Shown piece after piece: positions 1 through 9,600 of a stretch of 64,000 bases of DNA. Origin of the DNA: a virus. Taxonomy: Duplodnaviria; Caudoviricetes. The stretch is taken from IMG/VR virus record IMGVR_UViG_3300028394_000078, positions 1,549 through 65,548 of that record. The stretch is one strand, 5' to 3'. Numbering within the stretch: position 1 is the first letter of the stretch; each line of letters opens with the position of its first letter. A program made the translations under genes and the position numbers. A model generated the notes under the pieces. That model saw nothing but the letters and a program-made list of their open reading frames with translations. It was not told where the DNA came from and did no database searches.

Positions 1-27
1 ATTAGAGAAGGCCAGCAAGAACGGTGG

Positions 28-147
28 TTAATACCTATTTCTATCGTTTGACCAATCTTTAAACATTACCCAAAATATCATAACCAATGGCACACACCCT
101 AGTAAAAACAATAGATCGTTGAAAGTAATGATTATATTAAAATGCAT
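28..147 (-). CDS. small single-TM membrane protein, 39 aa (not in ORF track)
   Basis: Manual translation MHFNIIITFNDLLFLLGCVPLVMIFWVMFKDWSNDRNRY*; hydrophobic core; TAAATA (rc 152-157) 4 nt upstream of ATG. Confidence 0.55.
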   Translation of the reverse strand: MHFNIIITFNDLLFLLGCVPLVMIFWVMFKDWSNDRNRY

Positions 148-151
148 CAAC

Positions 152-177
152 TATTTATTGGGTTATTATGATAAATA
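152..177. promoter_or_regulatory. divergent pair of T4-like late promoters (TAAATA)
   Basis: TATTTA at 152-157 (minus strand) and ATAAATA at 171-177 (plus strand) between divergent ORFs. Confidence 0.55.
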
Positions 178-202
178 TCAGTACACTTAATCGGAGCACA
201 CT

Positions 203-790
203 ATGGCGGACGAAACTGTAGAAAAGATCAGCGAAAGCGAAAAGAAAAAAGAAGATTGGATGAATAGTAAATGGCGGCCAATGATGGGTTGGATGTATAT
301 GGCTGTTTGTACATGTGATTTTATGTTGTTTCCTGTACTATGGAGCCTACTACAAAGTCTTAGTCATGGAACAATTAATTCACAATGGCAACCATTAACA
401 TTACAAGGTGCAGGATTGTTCCATATTGCCATGGGTGCTGTACTAGGTATTGCTGCATACGGCCGCACACAAGAAAAATTAGGTGGAGCAAACAATGGCG
501 GATTAGGACAGCCAGGAATGGGAACAACTTATGTTCCGCCTGGGGCACAAAACACAGTCAATGTAGGAGGAATGAACAATGGCGGATTCAATTCACCAGC
601 AAGCGGCTCAACAGCATTTGGCTCTCAGACAACAGGAGGCTTTGGCAACTCCGGCGGTTTTAGTTCACCAGCACCAACAGGCTTTAATGGTGGTTCAGGA
701 TTTGGAGCGGCAGCGGGTGGACCCCAACCAGTCGTTACAGGATTTGGTGGAAGACCAGCGCCAGTACAACCACAACAACCAATGTTATAA
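203..790 (+). CDS. holin-like membrane protein (GTA 3TM-holin-like) with Gly-rich tail
   Basis: WRPMMGWMY motif, hydrophobic segments and G-I-AAYGRT-EK as in the 3TM holin family; low-complexity G/F/N C-terminus. Confidence 0.6.
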   Translation: MADETVEKISESEKKKEDWMNSKWRPMMGWMYMAVCTCDFMLFPVLWSLLQSLSHGTINSQWQPLTLQGAGLFHIAMGAVLGIAAYGRTQEKLGGANNGGLGQPGMGTTYVPPGAQNTVNVGGMNNGGFNSPASGSTAFGSQTTGGFGNSGGFSSPAPTGFNGGSGFGAAAGGPQPVVTGFGGRPAPVQPQQPML

Positions 791-802
791 AGGAGCATTA
801 AA

Positions 803-1003
803 ATGAATAAATTATTAGCGGTATTACTTTTAGGTATCATTTCTAGTACAGCATATGCTGGTGGAGAAATGAAAGAAGTATGTAAAGATAAATTGGACAA
901 GGCTGGCAAGCCTGTAATGAAGGACGGCAAAGCAGTCCAAGCGTGTAAAAAAATTAAAGTTCACAAAAAACTTGAGGGGACAGAAGTTCCAGTTAAGAAA
1001 TAA
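803..1003 (+). CDS. small secreted basic protein
   Basis: Signal peptide MNKLLAVLLLGIISSTAYA, two Cys, strong SD AAGGAG. Confidence 0.7.
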   Translation: MNKLLAVLLLGIISSTAYAGGEMKEVCKDKLDKAGKPVMKDGKAVQACKKIKVHKKLEGTEVPVKK

Positions 1004-1009
1004 AAAGTC

Positions 1010-1038
1010 TTGACAATCTACAAAGGGTATAGTATTAT
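1010..1038 (+). promoter_or_regulatory. sigma70-type promoter for dnaJ-def-clpA
   Basis: TTGACA-17-TATTAT. Confidence 0.7.
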
Positions 1039-1057
1039 AAATGCTATACCTTTTTCT
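1022..1057 (+). terminator. putative intrinsic terminator overlapping the promoter
   Basis: GGTATAGTA/TGCTATACC stem followed by TTTTTCT. Confidence 0.5.
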
Positions 1058-1074
1058 ATTAGAGAGATATTATT

Positions 1075-1905
1075 ATGGACCATTATACAACTTTAGGCGT
1101 AGATCGAAACGCAAGTCCGGAAGACATTAAACGGGCATATCGAAAACTAGCAGGACAGCATCATCCAGATAAAGGTGGTGATACTGCCAAATTTCAACAA
1201 ATTGAAGAAGCATATCGAACATTGAGTGACGATGGAAAACGTCAACAATACGATAATCCAGCACCCCAAGGATTTCATCAACAAGGCGGAATGCCTCCAG
1301 GATTTGAAGACATTTTTAGTCATATGTTTGGAGGAAACGGATCTCCATTTGATCATATGTTTGGTGGCCGCAGGCCGCAACCTGTTAGAAATAGAACTTT
1401 AAACTTGCAAACACAGATATTGTTAGAAGAAGCATTTCATGGTAAAGAACTGTTAGCAACAATACAATTGCCATCAGGTAGAGAACAAATATTGCAGGTA
1501 AAAATTCCACCAGGTGTTAGTGACGGTACTACATTGAGACTGGCAGGCATGGGGGATGATAGCATTGGAAATATGCCAAGAGGTGATATACATTTGTCAG
1601 TACATGTATTACCACATAATATATATCAAAGGCAAGGCGACGATCTTGTTAGAAATTTACCTATTAATTGTTTAGATGCAATTGTAGGTAAAACTTTACA
1701 ATTTGACACTATAGATAGCAAAACATTAGAAATTGAAATTGCGCCTGGTACACAGCATGGTCAAACACTTGCTGTGCAAGGATACGGAATGCCTAATATG
1801 TCTAATTTCTATATGAGAGGACGATTGTTATTAAATATTAATATCACTGTACCAACTAATTTAACAGATGAACAAAAAATACTTATTAATCAAATATTAT
1901 GTTAA
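1075..1905 (+). CDS. dnaJ: class II DnaJ/CbpA-like co-chaperone
   Basis: J-domain with HPD, G/F region, C-terminal domains, no Zn finger. Confidence 0.92.
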   Translation: MDHYTTLGVDRNASPEDIKRAYRKLAGQHHPDKGGDTAKFQQIEEAYRTLSDDGKRQQYDNPAPQGFHQQGGMPPGFEDIFSHMFGGNGSPFDHMFGGRRPQPVRNRTLNLQTQILLEEAFHGKELLATIQLPSGREQILQVKIPPGVSDGTTLRLAGMGDDSIGNMPRGDIHLSVHVLPHNIYQRQGDDLVRNLPINCLDAIVGKTLQFDTIDSKTLEIEIAPGTQHGQTLAVQGYGMPNMSNFYMRGRLLLNINITVPTNLTDEQKILINQILC

Positions 1906-2402
1906 AACTTGTAAAATTTCCAGATCCTATACTCAGGCAACGTATGCCTGATTTTGATTTTACTAATCCTATTAAGGATCCGATAGAACTTGAAAAGACA
2001 ATGCTAGCAATGATGTTTGAACATGACGGCATCGGACTTGCGGCTAATCAAGTGGGTATTAATACTCGTGTGTTTGTTATGGGTCATAGAGTAAATGCTG
2101 AGTCTGCTCAAGCATTTTTTAATCCTGAAATAATTGCAAATACAGAAGAAATTGCCGACATAGAAGAAGGATGTTTGAGTTTTCCTAAGATCTATGTTAA
2201 TATTAAACGACCTAAAGCAATTAAGGCTCGTTGGCAAAATAGCCGAGGAGAATTTGAGGAGGGCGAGTTTGATGGTTATAACTGTAAGTGCTTCTTACAT
2301 GAATATGATCATCTAGAGGGAATTACATTCCAAGATAGAGTCAGTGCTCTTAAATGGGCAATGGCAGTTAAGAAAACTAAAGTAAAGAGAAAATACAAAT
2401 AA
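1899..2402 (+). CDS. def: peptide deformylase
   Basis: [13 protein letters not shown] and HEYDH motifs. Confidence 0.95.
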   Translation: MLKLVKFPDPILRQRMPDFDFTNPIKDPIELEKTMLAMMFEHDGIGLAANQVGINTRVFVMGHRVNAESAQAFFNPEIIANTEEIADIEEGCLSFPKIYVNIKRPKAIKARWQNSRGEFEEGEFDGYNCKCFLHEYDHLEGITFQDRVSALKWAMAVKKTKVKRKYK

Positions 2403-4681
2403 TGCTACAACCAAATAAAGACCTCGAAGAAATTTTTGAATCAGCAGTTAGATTCGCTAATGAACATAATCATGAATTTATTACATTAGAACATTTTCTT
2501 TATAGTATGGTTAAAAATGAACCGTTTGCTAAATTATTAACCAATTTTGGTACAGATGTTACAACACTCATCGTTGATCTTGAAAAATATATCACAGATG
2601 AATTAAGTGGAATAGTTAACACCAGTGTTGATAGGCCTAAAAAAACACAAGCAGTTGAAAGAATACTTAATCGTGCATTCTCACAAACATTATTTGCTGG
2701 TAGACAAATAATCGAACCAGTTGATTGCTTCATTAGTATGTTTGCAGAAAAGAAAAGTTATGCAAACTATTTTATTCGTAAAGCAAATATAGATAAAGAT
2801 AAATTTATAAATTATATACAAAAAGAATATTCAAAAGAAGAAGAAGTTGAGGAAGGTACCCCTACTAATGTCAGTCCTCAGATTGAGCGTATGCTTAATC
2901 AATTTTGTGTTAATCTAAGTGCTCGTGCAAAATCTAAAAAGATCGATCCTGTTATCGGTCGTGAAAAAGAAATAGAAGAAGTACAACTAGTGCTAGCACG
3001 TAGAAATAAAGCCAATGTTATGTTGATCGGTGATCCGGGTGTTGGTAAGACTGCTATTGCAGAGGGTTTAGCACGTAAAATTTACGAAAGTAATGTTCCT
3101 AAATTTATTCAAGACCATACTGTTTATAGTTTAGACATAAGTGCATTGTTAGCAGGCAGCAAATATCGTGGTGACTTTGAAGAACGCTTAAAGATGGTAT
3201 TAGGTGCATTAGAAAAGAAAAAGAATTGCATACTATTCATTGACGAAGCACATATGATGAATGGTGCTGGTGCTAATAGTGGTGGTAGCAATGATATGGC
3301 AAATATGCTTAAACCTGCTTTAAGCAAAGGTACTATTAAAGTTGTTGCTAGTACTACATGGGAAGAATTCCGTAAACACTTTGAAAAAGATCGTGCTCTA
3401 ATGCGTCGATTCCAACGTGTTACTGTAGACGAGCCGGATGAGTCTACTACTATTAAAATCCTTAAAGGTCTACGCAAGTATTACGAAAAACATCACGGTG
3501 TTAAAATCACTAATCAAGCACTAACTGATGCAGTAACATACTCAGTTAAGTATATGACCGATAAAAAATTGCCTGACAAAGCAATTGACCTTATCGATTG
3601 TGCTAGTGCTCGCTTTAAAATTAAAGATGAAGAAAACGGTGTAGTAGACCATGATGAAATATTGTTTGAAGTAGCAAAGATTGCTAATTTACCTTTAGAA
3701 CAAATCAACTCTAAAGAAGGTGCAAATCTTGCAGGACTTGAAAAAGGTATGCGAAACAAAGTATTCGGGCAAGAAAAAGCCATCGAAACACTGCTAGACA
3801 AAATCTTCATTGCACAGGCAGGGCTTAAAGCATTCAATAAACCTGTAGGAAGTTTCTTATTTGTTGGTCCAACTGGTGTAGGTAAGACTGAAGTTGCTAA
3901 ACAACTTGCATCAAATATGGGAATCAAAATGATTCGCTTTGATATGAGTGAATTTCAAGAGAAACATAGTGTAGCCAAGTTTATTGGTGCACCCCCCGGA
4001 TATGTAGGGTTTGATGATAATGCTGGACAATTGATTACCGGACTACAAGAACACCCTAATTGTGTATTATTGTTAGATGAGGTAGAAAAAGCACATCCAG
4101 ATGTACTTACTGTTCTTCTACAATTAATGGATAATGGCTTTATTACTGGTAGCAATGGTAAGAAAGCGGATGGTCGTAATGCTATTATCATTATGACCAG
4201 TAACTTAGGTGCTGCTGATGCTGAAAAGAACAGCGTAGGATTTGGTAGTTTAGAGCGTGACGGTGATCCGAAGGACGCTGTAAACAAATTCTTTGCACCT
4301 GAATTCCGAAATCGTTTAGATGGCATTATTAAGTTTGGTAAGTTAGACCAAACTAGCATGATTAAAGTGGTTAAGAAGTTTATTGATGATTTAAATGCAT
4401 TGGTTAAAGATAAGAACATACATGTAAAACCCAATAATGATGCTATTGAGTATCTGATTAAGAAAGGATTTGATAGTAAAATGGGTGCTCGTCCATTACA
4501 ACGTACTATTGATGATATGATTAAAAAACCATTAAGCAAAGAAATCTTATTTGGTAAGTTAACTAATGGTGGAGTTGTTGAAGTATCCATTGAAGATAGT
4601 AAACTTAAACTTAACATCATTGAAGTATTACCTATTATTAAGGTTGAAAAAAATGCAGATACAGAAACTGAACTCCAGTAA
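2402..4681 (+). CDS. clpA: ATP-dependent Clp protease ATPase subunit ClpA
   Basis: N-domain, two AAA+ modules (GDPGVGKT, GPTGVGKT), no middle coiled-coil, ClpP-binding VGF loop. Confidence 0.92.
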   Translation: MLQPNKDLEEIFESAVRFANEHNHEFITLEHFLYSMVKNEPFAKLLTNFGTDVTTLIVDLEKYITDELSGIVNTSVDRPKKTQAVERILNRAFSQTLFAGRQIIEPVDCFISMFAEKKSYANYFIRKANIDKDKFINYIQKEYSKEEEVEEGTPTNVSPQIERMLNQFCVNLSARAKSKKIDPVIGREKEIEEVQLVLARRNKANVMLIGDPGVGKTAIAEGLARKIYESNVPKFIQDHTVYSLDISALLAGSKYRGDFEERLKMVLGALEKKKNCILFIDEAHMMNGAGANSGGSNDMANMLKPALSKGTIKVVASTTWEEFRKHFEKDRALMRRFQRVTVDEPDESTTIKILKGLRKYYEKHHGVKITNQALTDAVTYSVKYMTDKKLPDKAIDLIDCASARFKIKDEENGVVDHDEILFEVAKIANLPLEQINSKEGANLAGLEKGMRNKVFGQEKAIETLLDKIFIAQAGLKAFNKPVGSFLFVGPTGVGKTEVAKQLASNMGIKMIRFDMSEFQEKHSVAKFIGAPPGYVGFDDNAGQLITGLQEHPNCVLLLDEVEKAHPDVLTVLLQLMDNGFITGSNGKKADGRNAIIIMTSNLGAADAEKNSVGFGSLERDGDPKDAVNKFFAPEFRNRLDGIIKFGKLDQTSMIKVVKKFIDDLNALVKDKNIHVKPNNDAIEYLIKKGFDSKMGARPLQRTIDDMIKKPLSKEILFGKLTNGGVVEVSIEDSKLKLNIIEVLPIIKVEKNADTETELQ

Positions 4682-5351
4682 GTTATTCTACAATAAATGG
4701 CCCTACAAAATAGAATGCTATATTAGTGGGGCTAGTAGATTAAAATGGCTAGGAGCAGAAATAACTAAAGATTTCTGTCTTGGTAAACCAACTCCTACAC
4801 TATGGAGTTGGCAAAGCAATGACAGATTAAGCCTAAAAGATAAGTCTGCTTTGTTGGAATTTACTACTGGCATAGAACCATTTTTAGAACTCAAAGAACA
4901 ATTACAAGTTAGGGTTGAAGGCAGACGCTATAACATATATTGTAAAGATCGTACATTGTTAGAAAATATCTATAATGCTGTTTCACCCTGGGTACAACAA
5001 GTATCGGGTCCTACTACCAAAGAAGAACTTAATTATATGCTAGATAATGGGTATAGAAAAATCCTACGTGATGTATTACCTAAAGATATATATCAATATA
5101 GGATTTATTTTAAAGAATCCTGGAAAACAGAAGATAGGGTTAGATTCCTAGCATGGGCTATTAAGAATCCCAACATTATAGATATAAGTAAAGGATCCAG
5201 AGCGTGGTTAGAGAGTGGCAAAAGATGGGTATATAACCCTTTTATCTACGTCAAGGACTCACATACATTAACTATGGTAGGACTACATTCCAGTGGAAAT
5301 GTCAAAAGAGTAGAAGAATTCATACTACGGGAGAACTTAGTAACAGCATAA
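4653..5351 (+). CDS. hypothetical phage protein
   Basis: Long ORF; ATG 4653 preferred over 4566 to limit overlap with clpA. Confidence 0.7.
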   Translation: MQIQKLNSSKLFYNKWPYKIECYISGASRLKWLGAEITKDFCLGKPTPTLWSWQSNDRLSLKDKSALLEFTTGIEPFLELKEQLQVRVEGRRYNIYCKDRTLLENIYNAVSPWVQQVSGPTTKEELNYMLDNGYRKILRDVLPKDIYQYRIYFKESWKTEDRVRFLAWAIKNPNIIDISKGSRAWLESGKRWVYNPFIYVKDSHTLTMVGLHSSGNVKRVEEFILRENLVTA

Positions 5352-5354
5352 ATA
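5349..5354 (+). promoter_or_regulatory. late promoter TAAATA
   Basis: ATAAATA 7 nt upstream of ATG 5362; overlaps upstream stop codon. Confidence 0.45.
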
Positions 5355-5361
5355 CTTTATT

Positions 5362-5814
5362 ATGCCAGCATTAAGTCAAAATCTAATATTTAAAATCCCA
5401 AACGGTAACACTACATACGATTCAGTACAGGTTCAGTACCCAAATACTGGTACTACTGCGCTGATTTATAACAGCGAGCGTATCAAAGGTGACGGTTACT
5501 TTGGTAATAGCGACGGATTACATACTGTATTTTGGAGCGTAGCAGGATTTATTGGTACTGTAGAAATGCAAGGAACACTTGCATCAGAACCTACAGAATC
5601 AGACTGGGCTACAATTACACTCACAGCACCTACTAGTCGATATATTGTAGATACTTCGGGTGCGGCTACAATTGCAGGTGTAGATAGCACTCGATATACA
5701 CAAGAAACTACCACATCAAAATCTTATAATTTTACTGGAAATTTTGTATGGGTCAGAGGACGTATCATCGAATTCACACAAGGTGTGATGAATGGTATAA
5801 GTATAAACAGATAA
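5362..5814 (+). CDS. hypothetical beta-rich, probably virion protein
   Basis: Thr/Ser-rich beta-sandwich-like composition; late promoter. Confidence 0.6.
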   Translation: MPALSQNLIFKIPNGNTTYDSVQVQYPNTGTTALIYNSERIKGDGYFGNSDGLHTVFWSVAGFIGTVEMQGTLASEPTESDWATITLTAPTSRYIVDTSGAATIAGVDSTRYTQETTTSKSYNFTGNFVWVRGRIIEFTQGVMNGISINR

Positions 5815-5824
5815 CGGAATCACT

Positions 5825-6304
5825 ATGGCACAACAAAGCATAAACGTAGGATCAAGAGAATATTCAGGTGATGGGGAAAGCCTACGCTCAGCATTTACAA
5901 AAACAAATGCAAACTTTGACGAAGTTTATACAAGCATCGATGCCATTAATGCAAACATTACCGACATTCTTAGTACTTCCACTACAAGTCAATTAGTTAA
6001 TGGTAATGAACATGTGGTGCTTAGAGAAGATGGTAAATTAACTACTCCAAGAAACCTCCAAGTTAATGGTGGCCGAGTAACTCTACACCCATACGGCAAT
6101 GCATATATTGAATCAGTTGATTATGGAATTACTACTTCTACTAGTGCATTAAATATCTTTGCTGGTCCTGATCAAAAAATTAAACTACGTGCCGGATTTG
6201 GCATGGAAGCGTTTTGGACCTTTGATACAACTGGTAATTTAACATTACCAGTTGGCGGACAAATAATTAACTTAGATATAGACGGTGGTAATTCTTCGGT
6301 ATAA
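5825..6304 (+). CDS. virion protein with T4 gp9/gp10-like N-terminal segment
   Basis: QQSINVG...GDGESLRSAFTKTNANFDEVY resembles the gp9/10 N-terminal trimerisation motif. Confidence 0.6.
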   Translation: MAQQSINVGSREYSGDGESLRSAFTKTNANFDEVYTSIDAINANITDILSTSTTSQLVNGNEHVVLREDGKLTTPRNLQVNGGRVTLHPYGNAYIESVDYGITTSTSALNIFAGPDQKIKLRAGFGMEAFWTFDTTGNLTLPVGGQIINLDIDGGNSSV

Positions 6305-6310
6305 TAAATT

Positions 6311-6670
6311 ATGAAACTTACAGAATTTTTTAACAAACCTATGGAGATCAGCAAGCATGGTCAAAATACTGATGACGACAAACGTGCTGACGAACTATTT
6401 TGGTATATTATCGATCACGATAAATTACATAAAGACTACTTCCATCCTATTGCTAATAAAGTTAAAAAGTTAAAAGAATGCACACCCGAGCAAGTATTAG
6501 AAATATATATGCCAATGGTTATTAAAGGTTGTAAAGAATACCATCACGATAACGAATTAAAAGGCAAGTTAGGCAAAGAATTTCCTCGAGAAATGAGAGA
6601 TGACATGTGCCATAGACTACACGATCATTATCGTGAGGATATTAAAAAAGACAAATACAAGTTAGGATAA
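6311..6670 (+). CDS. hypothetical protein, CTS-like N-terminus (MKLTEFF)
   Basis: ORF; N-terminus resembles those of neighbouring genes. Confidence 0.7.
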   Translation: MKLTEFFNKPMEISKHGQNTDDDKRADELFWYIIDHDKLHKDYFHPIANKVKKLKECTPEQVLEIYMPMVIKGCKEYHHDNELKGKLGKEFPREMRDDMCHRLHDHYREDIKKDKYKLG

Positions 6671-6674
6671 TGCT

Positions 6675-9600
6675 GTGATATTAAATGAACTATTTAGAAA
6701 TCCTAAATTAGCATTATCTGAGGGTGGTAATTTAGAATTACCTAATCCAGACGATCCCACTACCCCCTATCAAGCAGACGAAATTGATCTTAAAGTTCAT
6801 AACCGTACATTTATGGTAGGGCTATTGGATAAGTTATTACATGACGTAAATGCTGCTTTCTATGGTCAATACAAAAAACCGATATGGAATCCAGCGTTAC
6901 TTCAATCAAAAGAGTTTTTAGGTGGAAGCAGTTTGCACTTTTTTAATACCGCAGGTATTAGTGATAAAGAATTTGCCAAACATAAACCCAAAGTAGGCGA
7001 CATTGATACACAATGTAACAAAGAACTCGAACCAGAACTTAGAGAATTTTTAACTTCTTATAATCACAAACCAATAGGCGATGCAACATTACTAGGATTT
7101 ACTCAAGGCAATGAACAACTTAATGCATTGTTTCAATTTCAAGATCCTCCAATTAAAATTCAAATAGATTTTGAACTTGGTCGTTATGCTCCGGAAACAG
7201 ATACACCGGACGAATGGTATAGGTTCAGCCATAGTTCAGAATGGAATGATATTCAGGCAGGTATTAAAGGTGTATTCCACAAATATATCTATAGAGCATT
7301 AACTGCTGCACATGGTAGTATTAAACATCAAGTTAATGTATTAAAAACAAAAACTAATATTAAACCAAATGTTGATGATAACGATTTATCATTTGCAGTG
7401 GCCAGCGGACAAGGTGGTGGATTAAGTCAAAAGTACGAACCATACATACATACCGATCCTACTACTGGTGAGAAAATGACTCACCAAGATAATGTTCCTT
7501 ACAAAAGATTGATCCCAGCGCCTGAAAGAACTTATATACAGCAATTAGATAAACAATTCTATTATTTCTTTGGTGCAAACCCAGAAGGCAATGATAAAGA
7601 ATTGCAAAAGAGTTTCTTAGGCGCACTTGAATTAATTAACAAATATATACCTGATCAAGCAGCAAAAGAAAAAGTGTTCATGTCATTTTTAAACTTATGT
7701 TTTGAACCGGGCGCTCAAATGATTACCAAAGGTGATCCACAACGAGATCAAGAAATTAAATTTGCTGCAATAGATAACTTTATTAAAATTTGTAAATTAA
7801 ATAATCTAAGAAAAACTGCTATAGATATGGGCAAGGCATATATTAAAGATTTTGAAGAAGTAGAAGCATTTAGAAAAGCCAATCCAGGTGAAAAGCAACC
7901 ACGTGCTGCAATGAAAAAACAAGGTCTAAGAGAAGAGGCACAGGTCAAAGCACAATTCCGTAAAGGTATGCCACACTTGCACGATCTTAAGCCTGCTGAC
8001 TTGTTAGATTTATTAGACGAAATTCATGACGGAAACGGCAATTTTAAACTTGAAAACATCCCTTTAAACGTCAAAGTAGATGGATTCGGTGGTAGATTTG
8101 GTAAGAATTCCGAAGGTCGGCCTTTCATGGGCACCAGTAGAACAGAACCAAGATACGAACCAGGCTTTGTAGCATATCATCAAAAGAAAGGCACTACTGA
8201 TCCAGAAGTATTAGGTCGTGCAGAATTGTTTGATCAATTGTTTGAAGAGATGATGAAGGCTGTTAAGTTAGTCGATAGCAAGTTAGGCCCTGGATTTTTA
8301 GTCAATAAACAAGTGACCTGTGAAGTATTGTATCTGCCATTTGCCACAGAAACTCCAGAAGGCAAATTAAAGTTTGTGGGCATACACTACGACAAATTAC
8401 CATCGGGTGTTAAACTTGCATTAGTACCATTCCGTATTACAGATGCTACCACAGGTGATGATTTACCTAACTCAAATAAAATTGTACAAGAACTAACCAG
8501 TGTAGGACAATCCGGCAGTGTCATGTTCATTGACAACAGCCTAACACAAAATGAAGCATTGGATGTTACAGCATTAGTTCCGCCTGTAGAGAATATCGAC
8601 GAATTAAAAGCCATGTTGGCCAGCAACAAATTAGAAGCCAGACGACAAGTTAAGGCAGCATTAGAACCTGTGGCAGCAGCATTAGAAAAAGCAATCATTA
8701 ACGATCCTAACATCATAGGCAAAGATTTGTTAGGACAAGACTATGAAGGTATTGTTATCAATAGTCGCCTTGGTCCTATTAAAGTAACCAGTCAAGAACA
8801 ACGTGATGTTATCACTGCCAAGAATGCTGCTAAAGTAAATGCAAGAACAGAGCGTCCAAGAGGCGAGGCTAAGACCGCAGTAGTTGCTATTGGAAGTTTT
8901 GTTGGACATATCGGTCATGAACAACTTTGGGATTATACCACTAAAAAAGCAGCAGCAGTAGGAGGTGATCCATATTTGTTTATTGGCAATGCACAGGGCA
9001 AAGATGATCCTATTCCACCGCCAGTCAAAGTACAGACCTGGCATAAACTATATCCAGAATATGCTAAGAATATTAGCACCGTGACCCAAGATGGTGGATC
9101 ACTATTACAAAAAATCAAACACGAGTTAATCAATCCACTTCCAGGTAAGCCTCCACGCTATGACAATGTTATTATTATGGTAGGCGAGGATCAAGCAGGT
9201 CTTACCATGCCACAGGCATTAATGAAGGCTGTTAATAAGTTTCCAGGATATGAACATGTTAAGGTTACATTAGAGCCAACACCACGTGGCACTGGTATGA
9301 GTTTTACTCGACTACGTAACATATTAAAAGATCCTAACGCTACTGAACAACAGCAATTAGCCGTGTGGAGTCAAGGATTTGATGTACAAAAATTAGGTGC
9401 TGACTGGATTAAACACCTAATGGACATAACAAGGAAAGGTATGGGAATACAACAAGCACCGGCACCTGTGCCACAACCAGACCCTGCTCCTATAGCAGAA
9501 CAAAGAGTATTAAATGCCCTAGTAGAAGGTACCAGCATTGACAGCACACTACGAGCAATCATCAATGACATTGGCGAGCCTATTACCAGTGTTTATGACA

